This document shows positions 19,386-30,275 of a stretch of DNA of 64,000 nt, piece after piece. The DNA comes from OCS116 cluster bacterium AG-390-A19. Its GTDB lineage: Bacteria > Pseudomonadota > Alphaproteobacteria > MED-G09. The stretch lies in contig QCGV01000005.1 in the NCBI GenBank assembly GCA_003278145.1, positions 645 to 64,644 of the forward strand, given 5' to 3'. The position numbers were made by a program, and so were the translations under genes. The notes under the pieces are model-generated. The model was not told the DNA's origin. It saw only the letters and a list, made by a program, of their open reading frames with translations, and did no database searches. Within the stretch, counting starts at the first letter, position 1. Every line of letters starts with the position of its first letter.

Positions 19386-20147
19386 TTATTTCCACTTATT
19401 TTGTTCAATGAGAATTTTTTTTAAAAGAAGGATTTTATCCGTCATAATTCCATCAACACCCCTGTCAATTAAAAGCCTCATCTCACTTTCATCATTAATA
19501 GTCCATGCGATTACTTTTTGATTATTTCTCTGTAAAAAATTTATATTTTTTTTATTTAGCAACTCAATCCCATATCTTCTAATTGGTAAAGATGCATAGG
19601 CTGAGTCAAAAACTCTCTTAATTGGTAAATTTGATAGGATTTTTGCCAAGAAAATTTCGCTTGGCCCCATTGATGTTTTTACTTTTGAGCCTAGAGATTC
19701 TCTTATAAAATTTATTCTCTTTTGAGAGAAAGAACCAATACACACCCTATCAAATAATGAAAATTTTTTTATAACCTCGATTAACGGGATAACTGTATCA
19801 TCGGATTTGCAATCAATATTAAAAAAACAATTAGGTATATTATCTAGTAATTCAATTAATGAAGGAATTTCCTCACTATTATCAATTTTTGCTTTTTTAA
19901 TATCACTTAAATTTAAATCTTTAATTAAACCAGTCTTATTTGTAACTCTATCTAAACTTTCATCATGAAAAGCAACTAAATGACCATCTTTTGAAAGATG
20001 AATATCTGTCTCAAGGTATTTATATCCAATCTCATAAGCACCTAAAAATGATTTAAGGGAATTTTCTGGCCCAAAATCATTACCGCCCCTATGCGCAAAA
20101 GCAAGAAAATTATCATTTAAATATTTCGAATAACTCATTATTATCAA
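19386..20147 (-). CDS. glycerophosphodiester phosphodiesterase family protein
   Basis: 253 aa, 'AHRGG...ENSL' and 'ETDIHLSKDGHLVAFHDESLDR' GDPD motifs. Confidence 0.85.
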   Translation of the reverse strand: MIIMSYSKYLNDNFLAFAHRGGNDFGPENSLKSFLGAYEIGYKYLETDIHLSKDGHLVAFHDESLDRVTNKTGLIKDLNLSDIKKAKIDNSEEIPSLIELLDNIPNCFFNIDCKSDDTVIPLIEVIKKFSLFDRVCIGSFSQKRINFIRESLGSKVKTSMGPSEIFLAKILSNLPIKRVFDSAYASLPIRRYGIELLNKKNINFLQRNNQKVIAWTINDESEMRLLIDRGVDGIMTDKILLLKKILIEQNKWK

Positions 20148-20270
20148 TACTTTATTTTAAAAACATAAATAAAAAAAATATAAAATTTTATAAATATATA
20201 AATATTTAATATATACAGATTCTTTTATATTTCTGATAAAGTATTATCAATAATTAAACTGATAAAATTA

Positions 20271-20714
20271 ATGAAAAATTATAAATTAACATATTATGAT
20301 ATAATTTTAATAAATAGAATAAAAGCATGTATTCTTGATTTATTAATATGCTTTGGTTTGATATTAATTACAGCATTAGTATTTAAAGTTATTAATTTTT
20401 TTACATTAAACTTATTTAACGAAGCAATATTATTTATATTACCCGTAGTAATTATAAGTTATTATTGTTTTTCAATAGGTGGTGAAAAAAGCTCAACATT
20501 TGGTATGAAAATCTTTAAAATAGAGTTGGTTAATCGTAAAAATAGAAAACTAACCACTAAAGAGCTGTTAATATATAATTTCCTATTTTTTGCAGTAACG
20601 CCGATTGCATTGGTTTTATTAATTTCTTTTATAATTCCTCTCATTAATGATGAAAGAAAGTGTATCCATGATTATGTTTTTAAAACAAAGTTTAACTCAT
20701 TGAGTAAAGTTTAA
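20271..20714 (+). CDS. RDD-family membrane protein
   Basis: 147 aa with three hydrophobic segments and an RDD-like pattern ('NRIKACILDLLI', C-terminal 'IHDYVF'). Its stop lies 1 nt before the next gene's ATG. Confidence 0.65.
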   Translation: MKNYKLTYYDIILINRIKACILDLLICFGLILITALVFKVINFFTLNLFNEAILFILPVVIISYYCFSIGGEKSSTFGMKIFKIELVNRKNRKLTTKELLIYNFLFFAVTPIALVLLISFIIPLINDERKCIHDYVFKTKFNSLSKV

Positions 20715-20715
20715 T

Positions 20716-22536
20716 ATGTTTTCAGTCGATTTATATATGTGGTTTATTTTTGGTTTAATATTCATAGGAGTAATTTTATTTTCTATTGATAGAATTCCAA
20801 TTGAGATAACATCATTGGCTATTATTAGTATTTTAATAATTATCTTTCAAAACAGTCCAATTTTAGGAGCTGTTTCTGGTGTACCTGTCTCACTAGAAGT
20901 TATATTAAGGGGATTTGCAAATCCCTCTTTGATTGCTCTTATGTGTTTATTAATAATTGGTCATGGATTGCTTGTCACAGGTGCTCTTGAAGATATAGCT
21001 GTTTGGATATCAGGTGATAAATCCCATAACACTCAAATTAAATTCTTGTCAGTAATGTTTTTAGTTTTTATTTTAAGCGCCCTTTTAAATAATACTCCGA
21101 TAATAATAATGTTTATTCCAATCATTTTGTCATTATGCAAACAATTGGATCAGCCCTCAAAATTTATACTTATCCCCCTATCATATGTTTGTATTTTAGG
21201 TGGAATGACTACTTTAATTGGTTCTTCAACAAATTTATTGGTTTCAGGTTCTGTTTTTTCTACAATAGGTAAAGAAATCGGTTTTTTTGATTTTACAAAG
21301 CAAGGTATGATACTGGCCTTTGTAGGCTTTATTTATGCCACTTTTTTATTACCAATAATCCTCAAAATCTTTAATAAAAAAGATAATGAAATTAAAGATG
21401 ATTATCAAAACGAAGGCAGGCAATTTATTGTAGAAATAACAATAGAGGGCGGTAATCCATTAGTTGGTAAGAAGTTTGTATCAGGACTCTTGCCTGAACT
21501 AGAAAATTGTTCAATAAACCTTCTAACTAGAAAAAATGAAAAGTTGTTACCGCCATACGACGAACTTGAAATAGAAATAAATGATAAAATTACTTTATCA
21601 ATCTCAAAAGGTAACTTAACTAATGTATTAAAAAGAAATGATCCAATTTTTGATAGTATAAGCACTCTATCAGAAACAACAAAACCTGAAATAATTATTG
21701 AAGCTGCAATTACCCCTGGATCATTTCTAATAGGAAGAAGTCTAAATCAGACAAATTTTGAAAGTGAAGTAAATTGTGAAGTTGTAGGGGTTCAGAGAGG
21801 AATAAGCTCAGATATTGAAACTTTAAGCTCACTAAAACTTAACCCTGGAAATATACTTCTTTTAAAGGGCTCAGAAAAATCAATAAGATCGCTTAGAGGT
21901 ATTAAAGATATTTTTCCTATTGAATGGTCTACTATATACCTTCCTTCTAAATTATTTGCACTAAGAGCTAGGTTAATATTTGTAGCTACAATTTTTCTTG
22001 CATCATCAGGCATTTTTAATATTACAGCCGCTGCTGTCATGGGGGCGGCTTTAATGTTAATTTTTAGAGTCTTAAATGTAAAAGATGCAGTTATGTCACT
22101 TGATCCAAGAATTTATCTATTAGTGGCATCAACAATAATGCTGTCAATAGCTTTACAAGAAACAGGTGGGGCAAAGTTTATAGCAGATAATATTTATAGT
22201 TTGACATCAAACCTATCAACAATATCTGTTTTATCCATACTTTTCATTTTTGTTGCAATTATTACTAACTTTATAAGTAATAACGCTACAGCAGTCTTAT
22301 TTACACCCATAGCAATAAGTTTAGCTATGGATTTAAAAATGGAACCTGAGCCATTTATTTATTGTATAATTTTTGCAGCAAATTGCTCTTTTGCAACCCC
22401 TATGGGGTATCAAACAAATTTAATGGTTATGGGTCCAGGAAATTATAAATTTAAAGATTTCCTAATTTCAGGAATTCCATTAGTAATAATACTATGGCTA
22501 ACTTATACTTTAATGATTACATATTTAGGTTTTTAA
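20716..22536 (+). CDS. DASS/SLC13-type anion:cation symporter with central TrkA_C (RCK_C)-like domains
   Basis: 606 aa with two membrane halves carrying hairpin motifs 'NNTPIIIMFIPI' and 'SNNATAVLFTPIA'. A roughly 200-aa soluble insert separates them, with two repeat-like beta-rich units. Confidence 0.82.
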   Translation: MFSVDLYMWFIFGLIFIGVILFSIDRIPIEITSLAIISILIIIFQNSPILGAVSGVPVSLEVILRGFANPSLIALMCLLIIGHGLLVTGALEDIAVWISGDKSHNTQIKFLSVMFLVFILSALLNNTPIIIMFIPIILSLCKQLDQPSKFILIPLSYVCILGGMTTLIGSSTNLLVSGSVFSTIGKEIGFFDFTKQGMILAFVGFIYATFLLPIILKIFNKKDNEIKDDYQNEGRQFIVEITIEGGNPLVGKKFVSGLLPELENCSINLLTRKNEKLLPPYDELEIEINDKITLSISKGNLTNVLKRNDPIFDSISTLSETTKPEIIIEAAITPGSFLIGRSLNQTNFESEVNCEVVGVQRGISSDIETLSSLKLNPGNILLLKGSEKSIRSLRGIKDIFPIEWSTIYLPSKLFALRARLIFVATIFLASSGIFNITAAAVMGAALMLIFRVLNVKDAVMSLDPRIYLLVASTIMLSIALQETGGAKFIADNIYSLTSNLSTISVLSILFIFVAIITNFISNNATAVLFTPIAISLAMDLKMEPEPFIYCIIFAANCSFATPMGYQTNLMVMGPGNYKFKDFLISGIPLVIILWLTYTLMITYLGF

Positions 22537-22545
22537 AAATTAAAA

Positions 22546-23256
22546 ATGAATAAAATAAATAAATATAATTATAATTTTTATTTAACAAATACAGAGCCAT
22601 GTCCTTATTTAACTAAAAGAGATGAAAAAAAAATTTTTCTTATAATGGACGATATTAATAAATCAAATGAATACGAGAATCTTATTAAAAGTGGCTTTAG
22701 AAGAAGCCACAATATTTTATACAATCAGGTATGTACAGATTGTAATTTATGTAAATCGATAAGAATAAATGTTAATAATTTTAAATTATCAAAAAGCAAC
22801 AAGAGAGTTTTAAATAAAAATAAAAATCTTTTTACAAAAAAATTATCTAAAAATCCTAGCAAAGAACAATTTGCACTTTTTAAAAAATATCTAGAATTTA
22901 AGCATAATGATAGTGAAATGAATGAAATGAATTTTCATGATTATTGTAAAATGTTCGACTCAAAAGGCATTAATACAAAAATTTACGAATATTTTTATAA
23001 AGGTGAATTAGTTGGTTGTGTTATTTCAGATTTCTTAGAGGGATCTATTTCAATGGTTTATTCATTTTACAGTGAACTATTTCTAAAAAATTCTTTCGGA
23101 AAATATGTCATTTTAGATCATTTTAGATTAGCAAAAGATTTTGATATGGACTACGTTTATTTAGGTTATTGGGTGGAAGGTTCAAGTAAAATGGAATATA
23201 AAAATGGCTTCAATTCTTCTGAGATTTTAATTGATAATAAATGGACAAATATTTAA
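22546..23256 (+). CDS. bpt: arginyl-tRNA-protein transferase-family leucyltransferase (Bpt/Ate)
   Basis: 236 aa, 'CPYL', 'GFRRS', 'C..C..C', 'YLGYWV' motifs of the ATE family. Confidence 0.85.
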   Translation: MNKINKYNYNFYLTNTEPCPYLTKRDEKKIFLIMDDINKSNEYENLIKSGFRRSHNILYNQVCTDCNLCKSIRINVNNFKLSKSNKRVLNKNKNLFTKKLSKNPSKEQFALFKKYLEFKHNDSEMNEMNFHDYCKMFDSKGINTKIYEYFYKGELVGCVISDFLEGSISMVYSFYSELFLKNSFGKYVILDHFRLAKDFDMDYVYLGYWVEGSSKMEYKNGFNSSEILIDNKWTNI

Positions 23257-23283
23257 ATTTTAAATTTTATTTCGGGAAAAAAA

Positions 23284-24372
23284 ATGAGAAAAAATATAAA
23301 ATTTGGAAGGAGAAATTTCCTTCTTGGAGCCGCATCATCTATTGCAATTGGTTCTGCACTATCAACACCAGCAATTTCAAAAAATATTAGAAGATTAAAC
23401 ATGGTCACAACATGGCCTAAAAACCTACCTGGCTTAGGCACTTCACCAGAAAGAATAGCTGTGAGAGTCAAAGAGGCCACTGAAGGTAAACTTGAAATTA
23501 AAGTATTTGCTGCAGGTGAACTTGTCCCCGCTTTTGAAGCATTTGATGCTGCATCTAGCGGATTAGCTGATATGTACAATGGTGCAGAATATTATTGGCA
23601 AGGAAAAAATATAGGCTTTAATTTTTTCACTGCTGTTCCTTTTGGAATGACTGCAAATGAGTTGAATGCATGGATAGATCATGGTGGAGGTCAAGAGCTT
23701 TGGAATGAACTAACACAGGATTTTAATGTTATCTCTTTCCAGTCAGCTAATACTGGTGTTCAAATGGGTGGATGGTTTAATAAGGAAATAATTACCCTAG
23801 AAGATTTAAATGGTTTAAAAATTAGAATGCCTGGTCTAGGTGGAGAAGTTTTAAGAAAAGTTGGGGCTGCTGCTGTGGCAATTCCAGGAGGAGAGATTTT
23901 CTCTAGCTTGAAATCAGGTGCAATTGATGCAACCGAGTGGGTTGGGCCTTGGAATGATCTTTCTCTTGCTTTTTATCAAGCGGCAAAATTTTATTATTGG
24001 CCTGGATTTCATGAGCCTGGTGCAGGTTTAGCTACCGGAATAAATCTTGATACTTGGAACTCTTTTTCTAATTCTGAACAATCAATTATTAGACAAATAC
24101 TTGCTTTTGAAAATCATTATACCTTAGCTGAATTTAATCATCATAACGCTATCGCATTAGATACATTAATAAATAAGCATAATGTACAGATGAAAACTTT
24201 TTCATCAGAAATAATGAAGTCACTTAAAAAATTATCTGATGAAGTTTTAGAAGATGTTTCAACAAGAAGTGCAATATCAAAAAAAATATTTTTATCTTTT
24301 AAAGATTCTATCGGTAGACTTAAAAAATGGTCTAACAAATCTGAGCAAGCTTATATGAAGGCAAGAGGTTAA
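23284..24372 (+). CDS. dctP: TRAP transporter substrate-binding protein (DctP family) with a Tat-type signal
   Basis: 362 aa with a twin-arginine leader 'GRRNFLLGAASSIAIGSALS', then a DctP-like fold ('VTTWPKNLPGLG', 'GAIDATEWVGPWND'). dctQ and dctM follow. Confidence 0.88.
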   Translation: MRKNIKFGRRNFLLGAASSIAIGSALSTPAISKNIRRLNMVTTWPKNLPGLGTSPERIAVRVKEATEGKLEIKVFAAGELVPAFEAFDAASSGLADMYNGAEYYWQGKNIGFNFFTAVPFGMTANELNAWIDHGGGQELWNELTQDFNVISFQSANTGVQMGGWFNKEIITLEDLNGLKIRMPGLGGEVLRKVGAAAVAIPGGEIFSSLKSGAIDATEWVGPWNDLSLAFYQAAKFYYWPGFHEPGAGLATGINLDTWNSFSNSEQSIIRQILAFENHYTLAEFNHHNAIALDTLINKHNVQMKTFSSEIMKSLKKLSDEVLEDVSTRSAISKKIFLSFKDSIGRLKKWSNKSEQAYMKARG

Positions 24373-24375
24373 AGC

Positions 24376-24882
24376 TTGTTAAACTTTGTTGTAAATTTTT
24401 TCGAGAAATCGAATAAAGTAATCGGTGAATATATTTCATGGTTCATAATATTTATGGTTATAATTCAATTAATAATAGTTATGGCAAGATATATTTTTGG
24501 TATTGGTTTTCTTAAATTGCAAGAACTTCTCATTTATCTTCACGGTCTATCATTTACTCTTGCGGCAGGTTATACGCTCTTAAATGATGAGCATGTAAGA
24601 GTTGATTTAATATATAGGGCATCATCAGATATGTATAAATCAATAATTAATATTTTAGGTTCTCTATTTTTTTTAATACCATTTTGTTTAATTACTTACT
24701 CAACAAGCCTTCCATATGTTAAACGTTCTTGGAAAATTTTCGAAGGATCACCCGAAACAAGTGGATTAAATGCAGTCTATTTATTAAAAACAGCTTTAAT
24801 TATTTTTCCTTTATTATTGTTAATACAAGCAGTGTCGATCATTTATAGAAACATTAAAAAAATTATTGAGTCAAAAAATTGA
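24376..24882 (+). CDS. dctQ: TRAP transporter small permease
   Basis: 168 aa, four TM segments, TTG start. It lies between the dctP-like and dctM-like genes. Confidence 0.82.
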   Translation: MLNFVVNFFEKSNKVIGEYISWFIIFMVIIQLIIVMARYIFGIGFLKLQELLIYLHGLSFTLAAGYTLLNDEHVRVDLIYRASSDMYKSIINILGSLFFLIPFCLITYSTSLPYVKRSWKIFEGSPETSGLNAVYLLKTALIIFPLLLLIQAVSIIYRNIKKIIESKN

Positions 24883-26432
24883 TAGAACATCTAGATTTAT
24901 TAATGTTTGGATTTGCTTGCATTATTCTTTTGCTTGGCTATCCAGTAGCTTTTTCACTAGCTGGATCAGCAATACTTTTTGCCTTTATTGGTGATTATTT
25001 TGGTGTTTTTCCAATGCAGTTTCTGAGAGCTATTCCTCAGAGAATATTTGGTACTATGACAAATGAAATACTAATGGCCGTTCCATTATTTGTTTTTATG
25101 GGCACTATGCTTGAAAAATCAAAAGTAGCAGAAGAACTTTTAGAAAATATGGATAGAGTTTTTCAAAATATAAGGGGTGGATTAGGTATATCTGTTTCAA
25201 TAGTTGGTGCTTTACTTGCTGCATCAACAGGAATAGTAGGAGCTACAGTGGTGACTATGGGTTTATTATCACTACCAACTATGCTTAGTAAGGGATATGA
25301 TCCAAAAATAGCAACTGGTACAGTTGCTGCTGCAGGAACACTTGGTCAAATTATCCCCCCATCAATTGTATTAGTATTACTTGGAGATGTATTATCAAAC
25401 GCATATCAAAAATCACAACTAGATATGGGAGTTTTCTCTCCTGAAACACTCTCCGTAGGAGAACTATTCGCAGGAGCACTTCTACCAGGAATAGTATTAG
25501 TATTATTCTATATTTTATATCAAATTATAAAATCATATACTGATCCATCATCGATACCGGATGTTATTAAAAATAAAGAAAAGTCAAAAAATGAAAAAAA
25601 TATACTACTCATTCTTTTTCCGCCTCTTTTTCTTATAATATCAGTTTTAGGATCAATTCTAACTGGCTTTGCAACTCCTACCGAAGCTGCATCAGTAGGA
25701 GCTGTTGGAGCATTACTACTGGCTACATACAAGACATCCAATAATAATTTTTGGCCATTATTAGCTGCAATTCTTTTTATATTTTTAATAATATCTTCAG
25801 TTTTTTTTGATTTGAGGCTTAATAGAGAAAATGTTGATCTTCTTACTAAAGTATCTATCTATGGATCTATAATAATAATAATTCTCTTTGGTTTCTCAAT
25901 TTTAAAATGTTTATCGAAATTATATAAAAATAAAATTTTAATGGAAACAGCTTATTCAACTACAAAAATTACTTCAATGGTGTTTATAATACTTATTGGA
26001 GCAACTTTTTTTAGTTTAGTTTTCAGGGGTCTAGGGGGTGATGAGACAATTGAAGGATTATTAACTTCTATTCCCGGCGGGGTTTTAGGTGCTGTAATCG
26101 CAGTAATGATTACAATGTTTATTCTTGGCTTTTTCCTGGACTTTATTGAGATTACATTCGTTGTGGTACCAATTGTTGCGCCAATTTTATTTAAAATGGG
26201 TATTGATCCGATATGGCTTGGTGTAATGATGGCAATAAATTTACAAACTAGCTTTTTAACACCACCATTTGGTTTTGCTCTTTTCTATTTAAGGGGTGTT
26301 GCTCCAGATAGCATTAAAACAATTGATATTTACAAAGGTGTTATACCTTTCATATTTATACAAATAATGATGTTACTATTACTTTCTATTTTCCCAATAA
26401 TTGCAACATGGCTTCCAAATAAAATTCTTTAA
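24879..26432 (+). CDS. dctM: TRAP transporter large permease
   Basis: 517 aa, polytopic. Its TTG start overlaps the dctQ TGA (TTGA). It is a long DctM form with a central extra segment. Confidence 0.88.
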   Translation: MIEHLDLLMFGFACIILLLGYPVAFSLAGSAILFAFIGDYFGVFPMQFLRAIPQRIFGTMTNEILMAVPLFVFMGTMLEKSKVAEELLENMDRVFQNIRGGLGISVSIVGALLAASTGIVGATVVTMGLLSLPTMLSKGYDPKIATGTVAAAGTLGQIIPPSIVLVLLGDVLSNAYQKSQLDMGVFSPETLSVGELFAGALLPGIVLVLFYILYQIIKSYTDPSSIPDVIKNKEKSKNEKNILLILFPPLFLIISVLGSILTGFATPTEAASVGAVGALLLATYKTSNNNFWPLLAAILFIFLIISSVFFDLRLNRENVDLLTKVSIYGSIIIIILFGFSILKCLSKLYKNKILMETAYSTTKITSMVFIILIGATFFSLVFRGLGGDETIEGLLTSIPGGVLGAVIAVMITMFILGFFLDFIEITFVVVPIVAPILFKMGIDPIWLGVMMAINLQTSFLTPPFGFALFYLRGVAPDSIKTIDIYKGVIPFIFIQIMMLLLLSIFPIIATWLPNKIL

Positions 26433-28633
26433 TTTAGTTTTGGAAAACCTTTTGGTACTAACCTACCCGCTTGAGCTCTTTTACCAAACCAGTCATCAAT
26501 ATTATCAAAAGTTCTTATTCTTCCGGCACTGTCTTGAATTTTTAATCCATCATTATACTTAAAAGTGTCTAAAAATAACAGCTCAGTATCCTTATATTTC
26601 TGAATTCTTACTCCTTTTCCTTTGCTTAATTCTGGTAACTCATTTATTGGGAAAATTAACATTTTTTTATTCTTGCCTATGACCACAACACTTTCCCCTT
26701 CTATTTTTTTACAAATAATTAATTTCTGATTTTCTTTTATATTAACTATTTGCTTACCAGATTTTCGGTTAGAGAGCATGTCATCACATTTAATAACAAA
26801 ACCATTACCCACTGATGAGGCTACTATATATTTTTTTTCACTATTAAAAGGAAATATATTAACAATAGAATGCTCTTCCTCAATATCTAAAAGAATTTTC
26901 AGGGGTGTTCCATGCCCTCTACCTGATGGTAAATCAGCAGCATCAAGGGAATAAGCCTTTCCATTAGAAGAGAAAAAAATCATTTTATCATTAGAATTTG
27001 CATCTACTGATAAAAATAGAGAATCTTCATCCTTAAATTTTAAATCTTTTAAATCCTCAACTTTTCCCTTTAAACATCTAACCCAACCTTTTTCTGATAA
27101 AATAATGGATACAGGTTCACTTGGTAAAGAATACTCATTTTGATAAGTGACCTCTTCTTTAAGAAGGGTAATATTAGTTCTTCTTTCACCTATATCGGTT
27201 TTTTTTGAAAATATTTTTTTTAATGATTTTATTTCTTCTGAAATATATTTCCATTGATTATCATTTGAATTAATAAGAGTTTCAAGTTGCTGTTTCTTTT
27301 CAGAGAGATCATCGAACTCCTCCTTAATTTTTATTTCTTCTAATTTTCTTAATAAACGTAACCTCATATTTAAAATTGACTCAGCCTGGAAATCAGTAAG
27401 TTTGTATTTACCTATAAGCTCTTCTTTAGGATTTTCAGTTTCTCTAATAATTCTTATTACCTCGTCCATATTTAGATAAGCTATTAAAAAACCATTTAAA
27501 ACTTCAAGTCTCTCATCAATCTTAGCCAATCGATAATTTGAAATATTTATTAGAACTTCTTTTCTATGATCTAGCCATGATAATATTAGATCCCTTAATC
27601 CATGTACAATAGGTGTATTATTGCTTAAAGCATTTAAATTAACGGAAAACTTTGTTTCTAAATCAGATAAAAGAAAAAGACTGTCCATTAAGTTTTCAGG
27701 TTTAATTTCTTTATTTTTAGGAATCAAGACAAGTCTTATATTCTCTGAAGACTCATCACGAATATCCTCGAGCATAGGTAATTTTTTTTCGATAATAAGT
27801 TGTGCAATTTTTTCGATTAATTTTCCCTTGCTAACTTGATAAGGTATCTCAGTAACAATAATTTTCCATAAGCCACGTTTTTCATTTTCAATTTTCCACT
27901 TTGCCCTTAGTCTAAATCCACCCTTTCCAGTTTTATACGTATTGATTAGATTACTTTCAAACTCTAGTAATTGACCACCTGTTGGAAAATCTGGACCAGG
28001 AATAAACTCCATTAATTTTTGATAACTGGCATTTCTATGTTTTATTAGATGAAGTGAAGCATTACATAATTCCTCAACATTATGAGGAGGTATTGATGTT
28101 GCCATTCCTACAGCGATGCCAGATGATCCATTTGCTAAAAGATTTGGAAAATTTGACGGTAAAACAACTGGTTCTGTATCAACTTCATCATAAGTTGAAC
28201 GAAATTCAACTGCATTCTCATCGATACCCTCAAGCAATAATTCAGCAATTGTTGTTAGTCTTGCTTCAGTATATCTCATTGCTGCAGCATTATCACCATC
28301 GATATTTCCAAAGTTCCCTTGTCCATCAATTAAAGGCCAACGAACAGAAAAATCCTGAGCTAAGCGAACCAATGTATCATAAATTGCCTGATCCCCATGT
28401 GGATGAAAACGACCCATTACATCACCAACAACTCTAGCTGATTTTTTAAATGAGGAATTGGCTTTGAGACTTAATTTAAACATTCCATATAAAATTCTTC
28501 TATGTACAGGTTTTAACCCATCCCTTGAATCTGGAAGTGCTCTATCCATAATTGTTGTCAGCGCATATGCAAGATACCTTTCCTCAAGAGCATCTATTAG
28601 CTCTATATCTTGATACTGATCAATTAACTTCAT
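26429..28633 (-). CDS. parC: DNA topoisomerase IV subunit A
   Basis: 734 aa with an active-site Tyr in '[10 protein letters not shown]' and a GyrA/ParC N-terminal domain ('[19 protein letters not shown]'). The shorter beta-pinwheel C-terminus fits ParC better than GyrA. Confidence 0.88.
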   Translation of the reverse strand: MKLIDQYQDIELIDALEERYLAYALTTIMDRALPDSRDGLKPVHRRILYGMFKLSLKANSSFKKSARVVGDVMGRFHPHGDQAIYDTLVRLAQDFSVRWPLIDGQGNFGNIDGDNAAAMRYTEARLTTIAELLLEGIDENAVEFRSTYDEVDTEPVVLPSNFPNLLANGSSGIAVGMATSIPPHNVEELCNASLHLIKHRNASYQKLMEFIPGPDFPTGGQLLEFESNLINTYKTGKGGFRLRAKWKIENEKRGLWKIIVTEIPYQVSKGKLIEKIAQLIIEKKLPMLEDIRDESSENIRLVLIPKNKEIKPENLMDSLFLLSDLETKFSVNLNALSNNTPIVHGLRDLILSWLDHRKEVLINISNYRLAKIDERLEVLNGFLIAYLNMDEVIRIIRETENPKEELIGKYKLTDFQAESILNMRLRLLRKLEEIKIKEEFDDLSEKKQQLETLINSNDNQWKYISEEIKSLKKIFSKKTDIGERRTNITLLKEEVTYQNEYSLPSEPVSIILSEKGWVRCLKGKVEDLKDLKFKDEDSLFLSVDANSNDKMIFFSSNGKAYSLDAADLPSGRGHGTPLKILLDIEEEHSIVNIFPFNSEKKYIVASSVGNGFVIKCDDMLSNRKSGKQIVNIKENQKLIICKKIEGESVVVIGKNKKMLIFPINELPELSKGKGVRIQKYKDTELLFLDTFKYNDGLKIQDSAGRIRTFDNIDDWFGKRAQAGRLVPKGFPKLN

Positions 28634-28640
28634 TTTTACC

Positions 28641-29372
28641 CTAATTTGTAATTAAGTTATTTTTTAAATGTTCAACTAGTCTCATTCTTGATGATGAAAG
28701 ATTCTTTGCTTGTTGTGAATATACTCTTTTATTTAAAAAATACTCTGTTAGCTTAAGGCCATCAATTATATCCTCTTTACTAATCGTACTATCTATTTTT
28801 TTAAAAAAATTTGGAAGTTTTAAAAGTCTCTCCTCCCAACCTATCGCACCTTCTTCACTTACAGCTCTTCCAGATTTAGGAGAAACCCAAGATAAATTTT
28901 TATTTGAACCATTTACTGCGCAAGTATTTAAATCAAGTCCATAACCCATCTTCTCAATGAAGAGAAGTTCGAACTTTATATAAAGGATGGACCATACAAA
29001 AATATTATCAAGATTATTAAATAATTCATTAGCTAATTCATAAATCTCTTTACATTCTTCTCTTTCTGGAAAAATATCTAGTAATGCACAAATCGAATTT
29101 AATATTTCCAAATTTGTAGAGCTATTTAAGTATATTGATGACCTTGATTTAATTAATTCTGAATTAAAAAAACCTAAATGCTCAGAGAGCCTAGCACGCC
29201 AATTAATATTAATAACATTACCTGGTACATTAACCCCCATATTACCATTTTTTTTACTTAACCTGATTAATCCTGAATAAATTCCATGATTTTTAGTTAA
29301 GACCTTCATAAGACTGGCGCTATCAGAAAACTTTCTTAAACTAATAATTAATCCTTCGTCATTTAAATTCAT
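28641..29372 (-). CDS. recO: DNA repair protein RecO
   Basis: 243 aa with an OB-fold N-terminus. It sits downstream of era in the conserved rnc-era-recO order. Confidence 0.82.
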   Translation of the reverse strand: MNLNDEGLIISLRKFSDSASLMKVLTKNHGIYSGLIRLSKKNGNMGVNVPGNVININWRARLSEHLGFFNSELIKSRSSIYLNSSTNLEILNSICALLDIFPEREECKEIYELANELFNNLDNIFVWSILYIKFELLFIEKMGYGLDLNTCAVNGSNKNLSWVSPKSGRAVSEEGAIGWEERLLKLPNFFKKIDSTISKEDIIDGLKLTEYFLNKRVYSQQAKNLSSSRMRLVEHLKNNLITN

Positions 29373-29384
29373 TTTAAAATCTCA

Positions 29385-30275
29385 TTAATTAAAATTTAAA
29401 CCAATATCTTCATAATGTTCCTTTTTATTTGACCAGTCTTTCTTATATTTAACATTAATCTTTAAATTAACTTTTTGATTAAGAATCTTTTCAATATCAA
29501 TTCTTGATGCCATTCCGATAGATTTGATCATTTTACCAGCTTTGCCAAGAACAATACCAACATGATTTTTTTTACCAACATAAATTGTTTGATTAATGGT
29601 AATTGATCTACTTTTGTTTTTTATCCAATCTTCGGTCTCTACAGTTGATAAATACGGAATTTCTTCATGTAGAAATAAAAAAATTTTCTCTCTTGTTATT
29701 TCTGAAGCAATTCTAGCCATTGGTGTGTCGGCTGTTTGATCCTCTGGATAAAGCCAATAATCACTATTAGATAATTCAGTTGATTTTTCTAAAAGATCTT
29801 TTACGCCATCACCGCTTTTAGCTGAAATCAGAAATGTTTCTTTAAAGTTATAACGATCGTTAAAATCTTTAACCTTTAGCAAAAGTAATTCTCTATCAAT
29901 TAAGTCAATTTTATTAAGTATTAAAAATATTTTTTCTTCTAAAATTTTAATGCTTTTCAAAAAATTAACATCAAGATCATTAATGGATTTTTTACAATCA
30001 ATTAATAAATAAATTAAATCCACGTCATTCAAAATAATATAAGCATTCTCAAGCATAGCTTTTTCAAATTTTGTTTTTGCATCAAAAATACCCGGGGTAT
30101 CTATAAAAATCATTTGAGTGTTATCAATTATTTTAATTCCTTTAAAAGCTGATCTGGTTGTTTGAGATTTATGAGTTACAATTGCTAGCTTTTCGCCAAT
30201 AATGTTATTCAATAAAGTAGATTTACCTGAATTAGTTGGTCCGATAATTCCTATAGTAATATTCTTTTTATTCAT
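29385..30275 (-). CDS. era: GTPase Era
   Basis: 296 aa, G1 'GPTNSGKST', 'DTPG', 'NKID', C-terminal KH domain. Confidence 0.95.
   Translation of the reverse strand: MNKKNITIGIIGPTNSGKSTLLNNIIGEKLAIVTHKSQTTRSAFKGIKIIDNTQMIFIDTPGIFDAKTKFEKAMLENAYIILNDVDLIYLLIDCKKSINDLDVNFLKSIKILEEKIFLILNKIDLIDRELLLLKVKDFNDRYNFKETFLISAKSGDGVKDLLEKSTELSNSDYWLYPEDQTADTPMARIASEITREKIFLFLHEEIPYLSTVETEDWIKNKSRSITINQTIYVGKKNHVGIVLGKAGKMIKSIGMASRIDIEKILNQKVNLKINVKYKKDWSNKKEHYEDIGLNFN

Noticed and set aside
20148-20270. The extremely AT-rich 123-nt spacer as a replication origin or DNA-unwinding element.
   Set aside because: No DnaA-box-like (TTATCCACA) clusters occur here. The only near match I saw (TTATCCACT, about 16997..17005) is a single copy inside ribD. 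No dnaA, dnaN, hemE or parAB context is present.
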